Shown here piece by piece: positions 1 through 10,233 of a stretch of DNA of 51,594 nucleotides (within the stretch, counting starts at the first letter, position 1; the number at the start of each line of letters is the position of its first letter). Location: positions 1 to 51,594 of IMG/VR virus record IMGVR_UViG_3300048834_000016; one strand, written 5' to 3'. Source of the stretch: a virus. Taxonomy: Duplodnaviria; Caudoviricetes. The notes beneath the pieces are model-generated. The model saw only the letters and a list, made by a program, of their open reading frames with translations, had not been told where the DNA came from and did not search any database. Position numbers and translations under genes: made by a program.

Positions 1-126
1 CGAAAGGTTCATTACGAATAGTCCACATACGATCTACAATAGTAATCATACGATCAGACTGATATTCATCAGAATCTAGATTATGAATGTCTCCATAGAA
101 CTCTAGAATTTCAACATATCCGCTTT
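1..126. repeat. Direct repeat of 51461-51586 (circular assembly overlap)
   Basis: cgaaaggttc...atccgcttt is identical at both ends and lies inside the portal ORF. Confidence 0.95.
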
Positions 127-886
127 GAAGGTATTCAAAATAGTTACCAAAACCATCTACTTGAAATCCCTCTTCCTTATCAGCATCCTCAGTACCATAA
201 GCATTCATATGTTTCATAAGCTTTGCTCTATTACTAAGAGCTTTAGCAAGATACATATTCTCAGGTTGTTCTTGAGACATTTTAACAAGCTCTCCAATAG
301 TCTTAAGAGAGCGTACAATCTTAAAACTGTCTTGGAAAGTAGAAGCAATAGGGTTGAAGATAATGTCTAAAGGGCTAATACGACGAATACGTGGTCCAAT
401 ATATCGGGGAACCTTTTCTCCCTTGTAATTGGTAGCGTAGGAAGCCTCGTAATCGACCGTAGAGAAGGCATTTCCATAATCAACATAGTCATATACCAGT
501 TTACTAATTTCGGTCCTAAAATGGCTTTCTCGTGTCTTGTTAGACATGTATGCTTCAATTGTTTCAACCTTAATTTTAGAAGCATCGTTTTTAGAATAGG
601 CTTCCCATTTCAACCATTCATCATTAGGGAATAGTGCAGAAATATAGTTAGAATGAAGATTATCTCTAATCTGACATAATTTTGGAAGTGTCGTGCTGTT
701 CTTCCAAGGAAGTCCGCTATTAGTTGTAGTGGTTGTATCTGTTGCAAATATATAGTTACGTAATTCTTTCCAATCTTCAATCTTAGTTTTACGTTGTGAA
801 TTATACGTATGCCATGTGTTTGCAATATATTTTGCAACATTGTCTCTTCCGAAAGCAGACGAAATCTCTAAAGGCTTCTTAGCCAT
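1..886 (-). CDS. Portal protein, N-terminal part (continues in frame at 51460 down to 50592; about 584 aa joined)
   Basis: ATG at 886 after AAGGAG; MAKKPLEISSAFGRDNVAKYIANTW... is open to base 1 and joins the MITIVDRMWTIRNEPF... frame; located between terL and scaffold/capsid. Confidence 0.9.
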   Translation of the reverse strand, partial: MAKKPLEISSAFGRDNVAKYIANTWHTYNSQRKTKIEDWKELRNYIFATDTTTTTNSGLPWKNSTTLPKLCQIRDNLHSNYISALFPNDEWLKWEAYSKNDASKIKVETIEAYMSNKTRESHFRTEISKLVYDYVDYGNAFSTVDYEASYATNYKGEKVPRYIGPRIRRISPLDIIFNPIASTFQDSFKIVRSLKTIGELVKMSQEQPENMYLAKALSNRAKLMKHMNAYGTEDADKEEGFQVDGFGNYFEYLQSGYVEILEFYGDIHNLDSDEYQSDRMITIVDRMWTIRNEPF

Positions 887-894
887 AGTTCTCC

Positions 895-2502
895 TTAATA
901 CCTAATCCCACCAAATCGTGGGTGGAACTGAATAATGTTACTGGTGCTCTTACCTTCAGAGCTTTTACGTCGAGGTTTTATAGCAATTTCTACTGCACTT
1001 GCTAATGCATCTTTAATGTCATCGTGTGATGGTCTAGCCAAGATAAGCTCTTCTTCAAGAAGATCAGTATAACCCCCTTTAAAATGCCATATATGTTGAT
1101 TATCATAACGATGCTCTAGAGCCGATGCAATACGTTCTTGTTTAGTACCTTCATTACGTGTAGGACGGTGTTCATCAATAGATAGGGGCAAGCCTTCTTC
1201 ACGAAGCTTATCTTTCAAATCTCTAACAATAACAGCCTGAGCTACTGTAACTTCTGCTCTTAGCTTTTTGAATTCCCACTTAGAATGCAATATAGCTATT
1301 CGTTTGAAATATTCAGAAATCTTATCACTCTTGAATACATCTAGATCAAGGACGTATATGAAACCGTCTTCATCCATTCCTATAACAACAATAGCTGTGT
1401 TATCTGATTTCTTACTTAAGCTGAAAGCAAAGTCAATAGCTGCATATACGTTCAATACTTTATTTCTATACATCCAACGACCATCAGACTGTCGTAAGAA
1501 TTTCTTATCATAGTATTGAAACTTTTCTCTTGAAATTCTATTACTGCCTGGATCATTAGGATCATTATAATATTGAGCGTAAAACTGCACACGATCCGAA
1601 TACTCTGCCCTAATACGTGAAAGCACTTGAGAATCAAAGCCAAAGAACTTCTTATCAGTACGCATTGTTTTAGGCCACAAGAAAATACCTTCTTGCTCTA
1701 CAGCATACTCTTTGATTTCCCATACAGGCTTACGAGTAGTAATATTTCCATCTAAATCATATACATCATATTCTTGAGATTTCCATACTGCATATACATC
1801 CGATGGATGATAACGTGTTCCACAAGCCATTGTAAATCCACCAGCATTACGAATAGAAGTAAATTGACTACTCTTCTTCATAACACTATCTCGCCCATCT
1901 TCAGTGTAAGCGTTCTCAGGGACAACCAAGTCATCTGCAATAATAATGTCTGCGTGCCATCCAGTGGTGTTAGTTGTCAATCCAGCCGTAGATACTGTAG
2001 CATCTCGAATACCCTCTTCCTTACGTTTTAAGTGATCAATAGAGAACTTTCTCTGATTCCATTTCTCACGTTTACCTTCTTGAGGATTAATATATTCAGG
2101 AAAATATCGTTGATATACAGAGCTGGAAAGAATATTCTGAATAGCATAGAGCTGTGTCTCAGCTAATTCCGCTGTGGCAGATACGTATAATACAGTTACT
2201 TCTGGATGACGAGTGATAATCCATGCAGCCCATGTAGCCACCTTATGGCTCTTTAAATGGGCACGTGGGAGCATAATAAGCTTATTGCTAGTTAGGTCCT
2301 CACCTTGACCATAGAGGCTGTAATCCTGCATCCATTGGAAAAGTTCTTTATGAATATCTCCATACATGTACCCAGGATTAACAAGCTTTGCAAAGAAGAA
2401 GAGATCGGTGAGAGCGGTTTCTCTAATTTGCTTGGCCTCTTCAGGCATTTTCTCTAGCTTCTTCTTAGCCTCTACTCTCCACAATTCTTCTTCTTTACTC
2501 AT
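895..2502 (-). CDS. terL: Terminase large subunit
   Basis: Walker A-like PRAHLKS, Walker B IIIADD, GTRYH, nuclease motifs AIDFA and HDDIKDALA. Confidence 0.93.
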   Translation of the reverse strand: MSKEEELWRVEAKKKLEKMPEEAKQIRETALTDLFFFAKLVNPGYMYGDIHKELFQWMQDYSLYGQGEDLTSNKLIMLPRAHLKSHKVATWAAWIITRHPEVTVLYVSATAELAETQLYAIQNILSSSVYQRYFPEYINPQEGKREKWNQRKFSIDHLKRKEEGIRDATVSTAGLTTNTTGWHADIIIADDLVVPENAYTEDGRDSVMKKSSQFTSIRNAGGFTMACGTRYHPSDVYAVWKSQEYDVYDLDGNITTRKPVWEIKEYAVEQEGIFLWPKTMRTDKKFFGFDSQVLSRIRAEYSDRVQFYAQYYNDPNDPGSNRISREKFQYYDKKFLRQSDGRWMYRNKVLNVYAAIDFAFSLSKKSDNTAIVVIGMDEDGFIYVLDLDVFKSDKISEYFKRIAILHSKWEFKKLRAEVTVAQAVIVRDLKDKLREEGLPLSIDEHRPTRNEGTKQERIASALEHRYDNQHIWHFKGGYTDLLEEELILARPSHDDIKDALASAVEIAIKPRRKSSEGKSTSNIIQFHPRFGGIRY

Positions 2503-3002
2503 TACTTACCTTGATTAGCGAACATACGCACAACGTCTCCGCTATATTCATTATCAATACGTGCTTGAACTTTCTTCTCATGCTCAACATCAGCCTTAGA
2601 AGGACGTCCTGCACCCCTAGTTGACCATCCCCTATCTGCTACCCATTTAGCAGCCTGGAAGTGGCCTTTCTTGGCTTCCTGGATGGCATCCATAATAGCT
2701 TGAGAGCGAAGCTTAACTTCTAGTTCGTCTCTCCACTCTTGGATGTGTCTAAAGATAACCTTGTTTTCACACATTCTCTGCCAATGTGACCACCCTAATA
2801 GGTGTTCTTTAGCGAAAGAGTACTCTGTAGGATCAGAGCATTCCAAATACAAGCGCTTAAGGGAGGGATAAACCCTCCCATTGTGCTCGTGATCTTCATC
2901 CTTCAGTGTGAAACAAGCTTCTGTGCCATAGCCTAGTTCAAGAAATAGAGATTGTGTTCTCATCTTTCCCATACTATCGCGCATAACTTCTTGTTTATTC
3001 AT
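2502..3002 (-). CDS. Probable terminase small subunit
   Basis: 166 aa, helical, coupled directly upstream of terL; GRPSK motif. Confidence 0.6.
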   Translation of the reverse strand: MNKQEVMRDSMGKMRTQSLFLELGYGTEACFTLKDEDHEHNGRVYPSLKRLYLECSDPTEYSFAKEHLLGWSHWQRMCENKVIFRHIQEWRDELEVKLRSQAIMDAIQEAKKGHFQAAKWVADRGWSTRGAGRPSKADVEHEKKVQARIDNEYSGDVVRMFANQGK

Positions 3003-3053
3003 TATTATTTAATCTAAATTATACTATAGACCTCAGCGTGATTGTGTAGTCGC

Positions 3054-3671
3054 TCATGCCTCACTCCTCACGTTGTATGCAAGTTTCGCTGTAGTTGTCT
3101 GCGTGACAACTGCAGTCATGTAAACTGTAAAACTGCGCTTGAATACGAGCCCTTGGTGCTGCCTCGCGGCTAGATTTAGAAAGTTTGTAGTGTCGCCGTA
3201 GTAAGCAGGTGATCCGATATACAAGGCGGCATTCGCTGTCGCCATCGTTAGCGTCTCATCGGAGACAGTTCTGCCGTCAACAATAACTTCGACCCTGAAT
3301 GTTCCCGTTGCTCCTTTGTATGCGGCCAAGTAATCTATAACTCCGCGTCCACTGATGGATAAGACTTGTGTACGTACTCCGACAGCAAGCGTGCCATGGG
3401 CTACGGTTGTCGCCCCATAAAACGACGCCCCTACTACGCCGAGCAGTGGTGGTGGTGGCAATGCCGCTGTCCGCACGTAGCTACGGGCCACGTAGTTCGT
3501 GATGTCGTCCGCTGGGTCCGTTGTGCCACCTCCGGTAGCGGTGATGCGCTCGTAGTCCTCGTTGTCTGCAGGACTCTTTACTATTTCGTTCTTCTTGACG
3601 GTCATCCCGCTGACCCATGTGCGCTTCTTTAGTCCAAGGATTGCGCTGTAAGCTGCTGCGATAAGTGACAT
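3054..3671 (-). CDS. Tail-fibre-associated hypothetical protein (GC-richer than flanks)
   Basis: 205-aa ORF at the end of the fibre cluster; beta-rich C-terminus. Confidence 0.55.
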   Translation of the reverse strand: MSLIAAAYSAILGLKKRTWVSGMTVKKNEIVKSPADNEDYERITATGGGTTDPADDITNYVARSYVRTAALPPPPLLGVVGASFYGATTVAHGTLAVGVRTQVLSISGRGVIDYLAAYKGATGTFRVEVIVDGRTVSDETLTMATANAALYIGSPAYYGDTTNFLNLAARQHQGLVFKRSFTVYMTAVVTQTTTAKLAYNVRSEA

Positions 3672-3674
3672 AAA

Positions 3675-4496
3675 TTAAACCTCCGATGCGGTCATACCTG
3701 TGAGCACGCCGCTTGTATATGAATATGTTTCAGTTCTCGTCAGAGAACCAACAGGCCACGAAATAGTATTAATCGACCCGTCTGCATTATATGCAAATGT
3801 TTTTACAAGACCGTCTTCAGTGGTCGTAGCGACCGATCCATCACCATTATATGTAATGGAAAGAGAATCAATGACAGGCGTAGTGCCAGTAACGGAAATA
3901 TTTCCAGAACCGAGAACACTTGTTCCATTAATGGTTTTAATGTTAGTACCACTAACTAACGTATCTTGTTTATTAGCTAACGCAGATAGTTGTGCATATC
4001 TTGCATCACCCCTCGCATCAGTGTGATATTGTGTGTGGTCGTCATCAGACAATCCTGTTAGAGCACCATGATCTGTTACACCACCTCCTCCAGAGATTAC
4101 AATATCCCCACTTCCTAGAACGCTTGTTCCATTAACTGTCTTAATGTTCGTTCCACTGACAAGAGTGTCTTGTTTATTAGAAAGAGCGTTTGCTGTAGCT
4201 GTACTGACAGGTTTATCAGCATCTGCTGTATTGTCTACGTTACCAAGACCCACTTCACCTTTGGTGTGAGAGTGAGATGAAGGGGGGTATGTTGCAGGTT
4301 TATCTGTAATACCGGTCCAAGGAGCTGTCTCTGCTGCATCAACAATCCCGTTATTATTAGGATCGTAAACAGTTTTAAGCATGTCTCCAATCCCTACCCC
4401 CGCTGTTAAAATAGCTTCAACAGTATTTAAGGCATCTGTAAGTGTCGTTCCACTTACCCCTGACTTGTTCTGAATTTGATTTGTTGTAGGTTTCAT
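3675..4496 (-). CDS. Tail fibre protein
   Basis: HSHTKGEVGLGNVDNTAD fibre motif; duplicated NKQDTLVSGTNIKT.NGTSVLGSG repeat; HGALTGLSDDDH motif. Confidence 0.75.
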   Translation of the reverse strand: MKPTTNQIQNKSGVSGTTLTDALNTVEAILTAGVGIGDMLKTVYDPNNNGIVDAAETAPWTGITDKPATYPPSSHSHTKGEVGLGNVDNTADADKPVSTATANALSNKQDTLVSGTNIKTVNGTSVLGSGDIVISGGGGVTDHGALTGLSDDDHTQYHTDARGDARYAQLSALANKQDTLVSGTNIKTINGTSVLGSGNISVTGTTPVIDSLSITYNGDGSVATTTEDGLVKTFAYNADGSINTISWPVGSLTRTETYSYTSGVLTGMTASEV

Positions 4497-6634
4497 GTTA
4501 TAATATTGAATGAGAAATTACTGATTCCGATAGTAGCTCCGTATGAAGCTCCATTAGCTGTTGTTTCGATACAACCTGTTGAGCTTGGGTCAACGAAATA
4601 GCCAATAGCTCCAAGTAAGAATCTATGCGAGCCTGACCAATCCCATCCCCAAGAGACAGTAGAGCCTGTCAGCACACTCCCTGATGTAGATGTTCCATTG
4701 AAAATATCAATCTCCATCTTCTCACCATAAGTTCCAGAACGATAACCTGCTCGCAGTCTTACAGTGAAAATCTTATTCACTAAAGGATCAAAACCATAAC
4801 CTAAACTTGTAAGTCCAGCCCCGGCCCCAGGGAACCAATGTTCAGAATAGATTTGACCATTACGTAAGAGAGTGAAACCTCTAGCTTGATCGAACAAAGG
4901 TTGTCCATGTCTAACAATTTGTCCGCAATGATCTCTTGTTCCTCCCGAGTAGACACTAGAATCACCAACAGGGTCAAAAGCAAACACTATATGACCATCT
5001 GATCGAGTCATTGTATTGAAGAAATTAGTCGTATCTAGCGTCATAATGATTTCCATATATGCCGTATTGACTGAACTGGTTTTTACTTCAGAATATAAGA
5101 ACTCTAGATCATTACGTGTAAATGTAAGATCACTAGGGAAAGCGCTTCCAGTGGAAGAATCTGTAACTGTTACTGTGGATGCTGTTTTTACAATTGGACC
5201 TCCGATACTTCCAGTACGAAGATTCAGAATTATTGTTTCCAATCCTTCTGTAGTCAAGTCACTAGAAAGGGTTCTAACAATTGTACCGGAGTCTCCAGTA
5301 ATCGTCACTGAACCATTATTCTGTCCATCAGTAAAATCACTTCCTGTGGTAGTGCCTGAATTGCTCCAGTACAGTGTACCGCTTCCGATTCCCGTAGTTG
5401 TAATTGTATATGTTACTGAGGACCCTTCGTTAACAGACGTAATACTTGGAGAAATTGCATAGGAAGTAGTTATGGGACTTAACGTAATCCATCCAGTATT
5501 GGTTGCATTACGGATTGATACTCCGCTAGGACCACCTGTCTTATCTATCCATCCTGTATTATCTGCGTTTCTGATCTTGAATACGGACGCAGTAGTTACA
5601 TTGATCCATCCAGTATTAGCTGCATTACGTACTTTCATTGTACCTGACGTATCAGGAATAACCACAGGAGGGCTAGATAATGAAGCTACATAAGATGCTG
5701 CATTATAGTACCCATCACCTGTCATGTGATAAATATCATTCCAGTCTGAGATGGAGACATTACCTGCAATATCAGCAAATACTCTATTAGGTTTAGCGGC
5801 TGCTAAAGCTGCTAACCGTCCATTCATAACATCGGATGAAGCAAGTCCATTGAAAGCTGTAGGAGCGAGGCCGCACACGATTAGCTTATTTGATGGAGAA
5901 TTCCAGGTCTTAGATTCCATATAAGTCATCGCTGCTTCAAACTCTGTTTCGTATCGAGAGTTATAATCAGCATCTGATTCACCTTGCCACCATAAGGTCA
6001 TATCAATCTTAGATGCACCAACTGCTGCAAGAGCAGGAGGGATATTGTCATCCATGATTTTAACAAACTTTGGTTGGAATTCTACTTGCACTGTTGCATC
6101 AAGTGACCCTGTTCCTGAAATATACGTTACCGGAATAATAGCAGAATCAGTAGACCACGTATGTGCAGCAGAGATTTGATACTTATACGATACAGCTCCA
6201 CTCTTCAACCATATATGCTCGCCGACATTTAAGTAAGCAGCGGCATAAGGACGTCTAACGCCTAGTACATCAACATTACTGAGTGTAATAGATGTCGTTA
6301 ATTCCGGTGAAGCATTTAATGTGATGTTACCGTATCCAGCAGCTCCTCTGTTCCAGAAACCCCCTCCTACCCAGTATAGAATGTCCTTAGCACCGCGAGC
6401 AGCTTTAATCAGATATACATCTAGATCAGGTCTAGCTACTGCAACATTACTAGCATAGCATTCGGAAATCCCTGCAAGCGTACTGTCAATAGCAACGAAA
6501 GCAGTACCGATACTTGTATCACTTCCTGGATCATTATTCCAAACCTTTGCTCTAGCATTAGGTGTCCAGGTCTTAGGCATTTTCAGGGCAATATTTGATT
6601 GCCCTGTTGCTAGAATTACATACGGAGTTCCCAT
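4493..6634 (-). CDS. Tail protein with SGNH/sialate O-acetylesterase-like domain and Ig/Calx-beta-like domain
   Basis: GQSN, WQGESD and DIYH catalytic motifs; three RNAxNTGW repeats; SVNEGSSVTYTITT...TTEGLETI; TAATG coupling at 6634. Confidence 0.75.
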   Translation of the reverse strand: MGTPYVILATGQSNIALKMPKTWTPNARAKVWNNDPGSDTSIGTAFVAIDSTLAGISECYASNVAVARPDLDVYLIKAARGAKDILYWVGGGFWNRGAAGYGNITLNASPELTTSITLSNVDVLGVRRPYAAAYLNVGEHIWLKSGAVSYKYQISAAHTWSTDSAIIPVTYISGTGSLDATVQVEFQPKFVKIMDDNIPPALAAVGASKIDMTLWWQGESDADYNSRYETEFEAAMTYMESKTWNSPSNKLIVCGLAPTAFNGLASSDVMNGRLAALAAAKPNRVFADIAGNVSISDWNDIYHMTGDGYYNAASYVASLSSPPVVIPDTSGTMKVRNAANTGWINVTTASVFKIRNADNTGWIDKTGGPSGVSIRNATNTGWITLSPITTSYAISPSITSVNEGSSVTYTITTTGIGSGTLYWSNSGTTTGSDFTDGQNNGSVTITGDSGTIVRTLSSDLTTEGLETIILNLRTGSIGGPIVKTASTVTVTDSSTGSAFPSDLTFTRNDLEFLYSEVKTSSVNTAYMEIIMTLDTTNFFNTMTRSDGHIVFAFDPVGDSSVYSGGTRDHCGQIVRHGQPLFDQARGFTLLRNGQIYSEHWFPGAGAGLTSLGYGFDPLVNKIFTVRLRAGYRSGTYGEKMEIDIFNGTSTSGSVLTGSTVSWGWDWSGSHRFLLGAIGYFVDPSSTGCIETTANGASYGATIGISNFSFNIIT

Positions 6635-8835
6635 TACGGTTGTACCCAAATAAGATTAGGATATGGACTGCCCGGTTCCGAAGAACTAACAATTGTACCC
6701 GCACCTTGCTCATATGCACTTCTAACCATTACGCCAGATTGTGTGCAATTACGGAAACAATTGCTATGGTTAATCCAATCCATAACAGCATTAGTGCGAT
6801 AAGCATCTAACAACGAAGTGGATTTATTATAGCTTTCAAAACGATTACCAATCACCCTGGCAGAAGAAGCGTTAGAAACTTCTAGCAAGCGTTGAGAACC
6901 GTGACTAACACCTTGTAAGAAAAGACAATCGTAAAAACCCATGTCTTGAGCGCTTAGAGGATAGGTACCATTGACATAACCATCAATATATACAAGAGGT
7001 TGTGTGGCTCCAGAGATATAGTTTACGAACTCACAGTTATGAGCAGTAAATCCTGTACCACGTACACCAACTGGATACCCGCTAGGACGCCCGTAAACAG
7101 CGCATCCAGAGATGTTAGGAGCTACATATCCAGATACAGCGCTGAACCTACTGGAAGCAACAGAAGCAGCTCCGAAGTAGGTGTTAATGGCTTTAGACCA
7201 ATTTGACCCAGATAAGAACAAAGGAACATCACAATAGTCCAGAAGACATGAATCAATCGTAAGCCACATATGTTCATCAGCAATAATACCATAGGTACAT
7301 ACTGCCCATTCACATCCGACAAACTTCATATTCTCCCCACCAGCCCGGTTAGTCTCTGTAGCATGTTTAGTGATGTATACACCAACCCCTGCCATATTCT
7401 GCCATCGACAAACTGTAAAGACTCCGTTATTACAACCTTCTAAACGAATACCATTAACACTGTTATTGAATTCACAATTTACCAATTGGAACCCAATCAT
7501 ATGCTGACAAAGTACACCGCTGTGACCGAAGAATTTACAATTGATTAAATCAAATGTACTGAGGAAACTAGGTTGTTGTACTGTTGAGAGTTTCAGTGCA
7601 TAATCCGAAGTGGTACTTTGAAAGTTAATACCCCTAGCGCTAAAGAAATCACTTGTTGGAGTGAGGGGCGAAGACGTATCTGCTGATGTTGGGAAAGACG
7701 GTTCATGGTAGGTAAGTGTACCTTTAAGCGTAGAGTTACCTGTACCAATTAACATCAACCTACCCGATTGAGTACCAAGGGAGCTGATTACATATACCCC
7801 ATCAGGAAAGAACAAGCTCTTATTTGCAGCTTGTGCAGCAGTAATTGCTGATTGAATAGCTGTTGAATCGTTTGTTACACCATCGCCTACGGCACCGTAT
7901 TTCTTAACATTTAGATAGTCAGCAGGCTCACCGGTGATTGTAATATCACTACCGGATACACCTACGGTGCTATTTATGAAATTAAAACTAGATACGGCAG
8001 ATGTTTTAAGAACTCCTGCTTCGGATACTGGAATAGAAGCGCTACCTCCACCGCCTGAGGACGTAATAGTAATACTGTCCGAATCACTAGAGAGGCTTAC
8101 ATTAGCACCTGCTTTAAGTTTTTTAAATGATAAATTACCTGCAGTCGCAGATGCAAATACACCTTCTCCAGAGGAACCTAGGTTACTACCGTTAGCATTA
8201 GCAGCCACTCCACTAATCAACACTTCGTTTTCAGAAGGTGTAATCGTTATATTAGTGCCAGCCTTCAATGTTTTAAAGGTGAGATTATCACTAACCTTCT
8301 GCTTATAAACTGCAACCCCTGTACCTACATTAGAAGCTGTAATGCTTGAGGATGAACCAGAGCTTCCACCTGTAACAGCAACGGAGGAGATTGTAATAAT
8401 ATCTCCAGCATCAACTCCGGTATTTAACGTAACTACATTAGTTGATGTCTCTACGTATTCGGTTTGTGACAGTAATACGCCGTTCCTGTGTACGACAATA
8501 GAATCAGAGCCTGGCACGTAAGTGCTAGAAACCGTAAATACGGTTTGACCAGCAACCGCTGTAAACTCTTCTCGTTCAGGTCCTTGCAAGAGTTCATCAG
8601 GATCTCCAAACAGGTCTTTAAGACGAAGCGGTTCACCACCAGTAGTAGGCTTACCTAGATTATAAATATGACGACTATTGGCATCAATATCTGTTTGGAG
8701 ATTATTAGGAATGTTATCTACGTTTACACGATGAAGGAGTTCCTCATTAATAACACGTTCTAATGTTTGAAAATTATTATTTATCTTAACGAGATTATAT
8801 CCACTCGTTACATCATTTAGATTTATTTCGCTCAT
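6634..8835 (-). CDS. Tailspike with beta-helix (pectate lyase 3-like) depolymerase domain
   Basis: NVKKYGAVGDGVTNDSTAIQSAI...LFFPDGVY motif followed by beta-helix-like repeats; N-terminal KINNNF anchor motif. Confidence 0.8.
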   Translation of the reverse strand: MSEINLNDVTSGYNLVKINNNFQTLERVINEELLHRVNVDNIPNNLQTDIDANSRHIYNLGKPTTGGEPLRLKDLFGDPDELLQGPEREEFTAVAGQTVFTVSSTYVPGSDSIVVHRNGVLLSQTEYVETSTNVVTLNTGVDAGDIITISSVAVTGGSSGSSSSITASNVGTGVAVYKQKVSDNLTFKTLKAGTNITITPSENEVLISGVAANANGSNLGSSGEGVFASATAGNLSFKKLKAGANVSLSSDSDSITITSSGGGGSASIPVSEAGVLKTSAVSSFNFINSTVGVSGSDITITGEPADYLNVKKYGAVGDGVTNDSTAIQSAITAAQAANKSLFFPDGVYVISSLGTQSGRLMLIGTGNSTLKGTLTYHEPSFPTSADTSSPLTPTSDFFSARGINFQSTTSDYALKLSTVQQPSFLSTFDLINCKFFGHSGVLCQHMIGFQLVNCEFNNSVNGIRLEGCNNGVFTVCRWQNMAGVGVYITKHATETNRAGGENMKFVGCEWAVCTYGIIADEHMWLTIDSCLLDYCDVPLFLSGSNWSKAINTYFGAASVASSRFSAVSGYVAPNISGCAVYGRPSGYPVGVRGTGFTAHNCEFVNYISGATQPLVYIDGYVNGTYPLSAQDMGFYDCLFLQGVSHGSQRLLEVSNASSARVIGNRFESYNKSTSLLDAYRTNAVMDWINHSNCFRNCTQSGVMVRSAYEQGAGTIVSSSEPGSPYPNLIWVQP

Positions 8836-9274
8836 CTAGTTTCTTTCTTACTTGTTCATATTGTTCGTAATAGTAGTTTCTTTCAATGAGGACTCTTTCT
8901 GCTCTGGCAGCTTCCCCAATAAGAAACTCTCCATCTTCTCTATAAAGCTCTGCTCCTGTACAGGCTCTTTCAATTGAGGGATTGTCACGATAGACTGTGA
9001 TGTACTTACGTGAGGGCCTGTTGCGCAGCTTGCTACGAAGATCGTTAGCAGTAGTGTTAAGATTTTGAATCTCTTCATTCTTCATCTCTTCTAATTTAAG
9101 AACTCCTGTAAGAATAGCTTTTTCAGTTTCATCATTCTTCTTTATAAGCTCTTGTTGTTCTTTATTCCATTTAGCGTTATTAGACTCTACAGCACTATTT
9201 ACTAGAGATATGTGTACGTACACACCTATAACCGTAATAACGCCTATAATAGCCCATTTAATCCAATTTAGCAT
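8813..9274 (-). CDS. Inner-membrane spanin (Rz-like)
   Basis: N-terminal TM helix then coiled coil; follows endolysin; alternative ATG at 9280. Confidence 0.75.
   Translation of the reverse strand: MLNWIKWAIIGVITVIGVYVHISLVNSAVESNNAKWNKEQQELIKKNDETEKAILTGVLKLEEMKNEEIQNLNTTANDLRSKLRNRPSRKYITVYRDNPSIERACTGAELYREDGEFLIGEAARAERVLIERNYYYEQYEQVRKKLDERNKSK
8848..9078 (-). CDS. Outer-membrane spanin lipoprotein (Rz1-like), embedded in the i-spanin gene
   Basis: MKRFKILTLLLTIFVAS-C signal peptide with lipobox, in a different frame inside 8813-9274. Confidence 0.7.
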   Translation of the reverse strand: MKRFKILTLLLTIFVASCATGPHVSTSQSIVTIPQLKEPVQEQSFIEKMESFLLGKLPEQKESSLKETTITNNMNK

Positions 9275-9773
9275 CCCCATCTCCTAGACACATCTTGGCT
9301 TCATACATCCGTCTATTATACAGCCCCTGTACAAACTTCCATTCACCATTCTTCTTTACATAGCTCCATACAGGCTTACCACTAGGAGCTTTATACATAG
9401 CATAACAAGCTTCTGTATATCTTCCTTCGTTATAAAGCTTTGCTGTCCTACTAGAACAAAATCCACTAACACCTATGTTATAGGCCATTAACGTAAATGC
9501 ATCATGTGTGTGTTGTTGTAAAGGCTTAGTAATACACTTCAATACACCATTACTATGTGTAGTAAGTTCTTTACGAAGAAAGGCATTACATTCTTCTACA
9601 CTGTATTTCTTATTGAACACAATATCTTTACCAGTGTACCCTTGACACACTGTAGGAATCCCTGCTATGTCGTAATAAGCATAATACCTAGTACCTTCCC
9701 ATAAAGCAGCACTACTTACTAACGAAGCTGTTACTACACCTACAAGCCATTTGTTATTCTGTATTATTGACAT
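9258..9773 (-). CDS. Endolysin, GH24 lysozyme, probably SAR type
   Basis: E-x8-D-x5-T triad (EGTRYYAYYDIAGIPT), YNIG and GLYNRR motifs; weakly hydrophobic N-terminus. Confidence 0.88.
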   Translation of the reverse strand: MSIIQNNKWLVGVVTASLVSSAALWEGTRYYAYYDIAGIPTVCQGYTGKDIVFNKKYSVEECNAFLRKELTTHSNGVLKCITKPLQQHTHDAFTLMAYNIGVSGFCSSRTAKLYNEGRYTEACYAMYKAPSGKPVWSYVKKNGEWKFVQGLYNRRMYEAKMCLGDGDAKLD

Positions 9774-9972
9774 CTTTACCTCTAAACTTATTCACCATTG
9801 CTGCAATGGCATTATAAGCTTTAGGGATTTTCTCAATAATAATCAATATTGATACTACAGCAGATAGAATCAAAATCCATTGCTCTAATGGAATACCAAA
9901 CAAACCTAAAGCTGCTGGACCAAGTGCTGTCGCAACCTTAGCACTTTCTGGAATTCTTTCATAAATTTCCAT
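9754..9972 (-). CDS. Holin
   Basis: 72 aa with hydrophobic segments and a charged tail, overlapping the endolysin start. Confidence 0.7.
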   Translation of the reverse strand: MEIYERIPESAKVATALGPAALGLFGIPLEQWILILSAVVSILIIIEKIPKAYNAIAAMVNKFRGKDVNNTE

Positions 9973-9997
9973 ATTACCTTTCCTATTATACTAAAAC

Positions 9998-10020
9998 GTA
10001 TATTCACTTCGTTCATATAC
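9998..10020 (-). other. Hairpin with tandem G.A pairs and GAA triloop
   Basis: Minus strand GTATAT-GA-AC-GAA-GT-GA-ATATAC. Confidence 0.45.
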
Positions 10021-10055
10021 ATCCTCTCAGTGCCCGAAGGGCGTGTTAGCACATG

Positions 10056-10091
10056 CTTGAGCATACTCTTGAGAATATACTTAAGTATATA
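10056..10091. repeat. Three tandem 12-bp repeats (CTTRAG core)
   Basis: CTTGAGCATACT, CTTGAGAATATA, CTTAAGTATATA at 10056/10068/10080. Confidence 0.8.
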
Positions 10092-10196
10092 CAAAGGGAA
10101 GAAAAACCTATTATTCTTCAATGTTGTAATTTCTTGTAGAAATTTAGAAGCTGCAATGCATACTAGTACAAGTACCCCTACACCCCTACTATACCT

Positions 10197-10233
10197 CTTG
10201 AGTATATCCTTGAGAATATACTTGAGAATTATT
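10197..10233. repeat. Second array of three 12-bp CTTGAG repeats
   Basis: CTTGAGTATATC, CTTGAGAATATA, CTTGAGAATTAT at 10197/10209/10221. Confidence 0.8.

Noticed and set aside
10056-10233. CRISPR array or mini-array
   Set aside because: Units are 12 bp, directly tandem, with no spacers; no cas genes present
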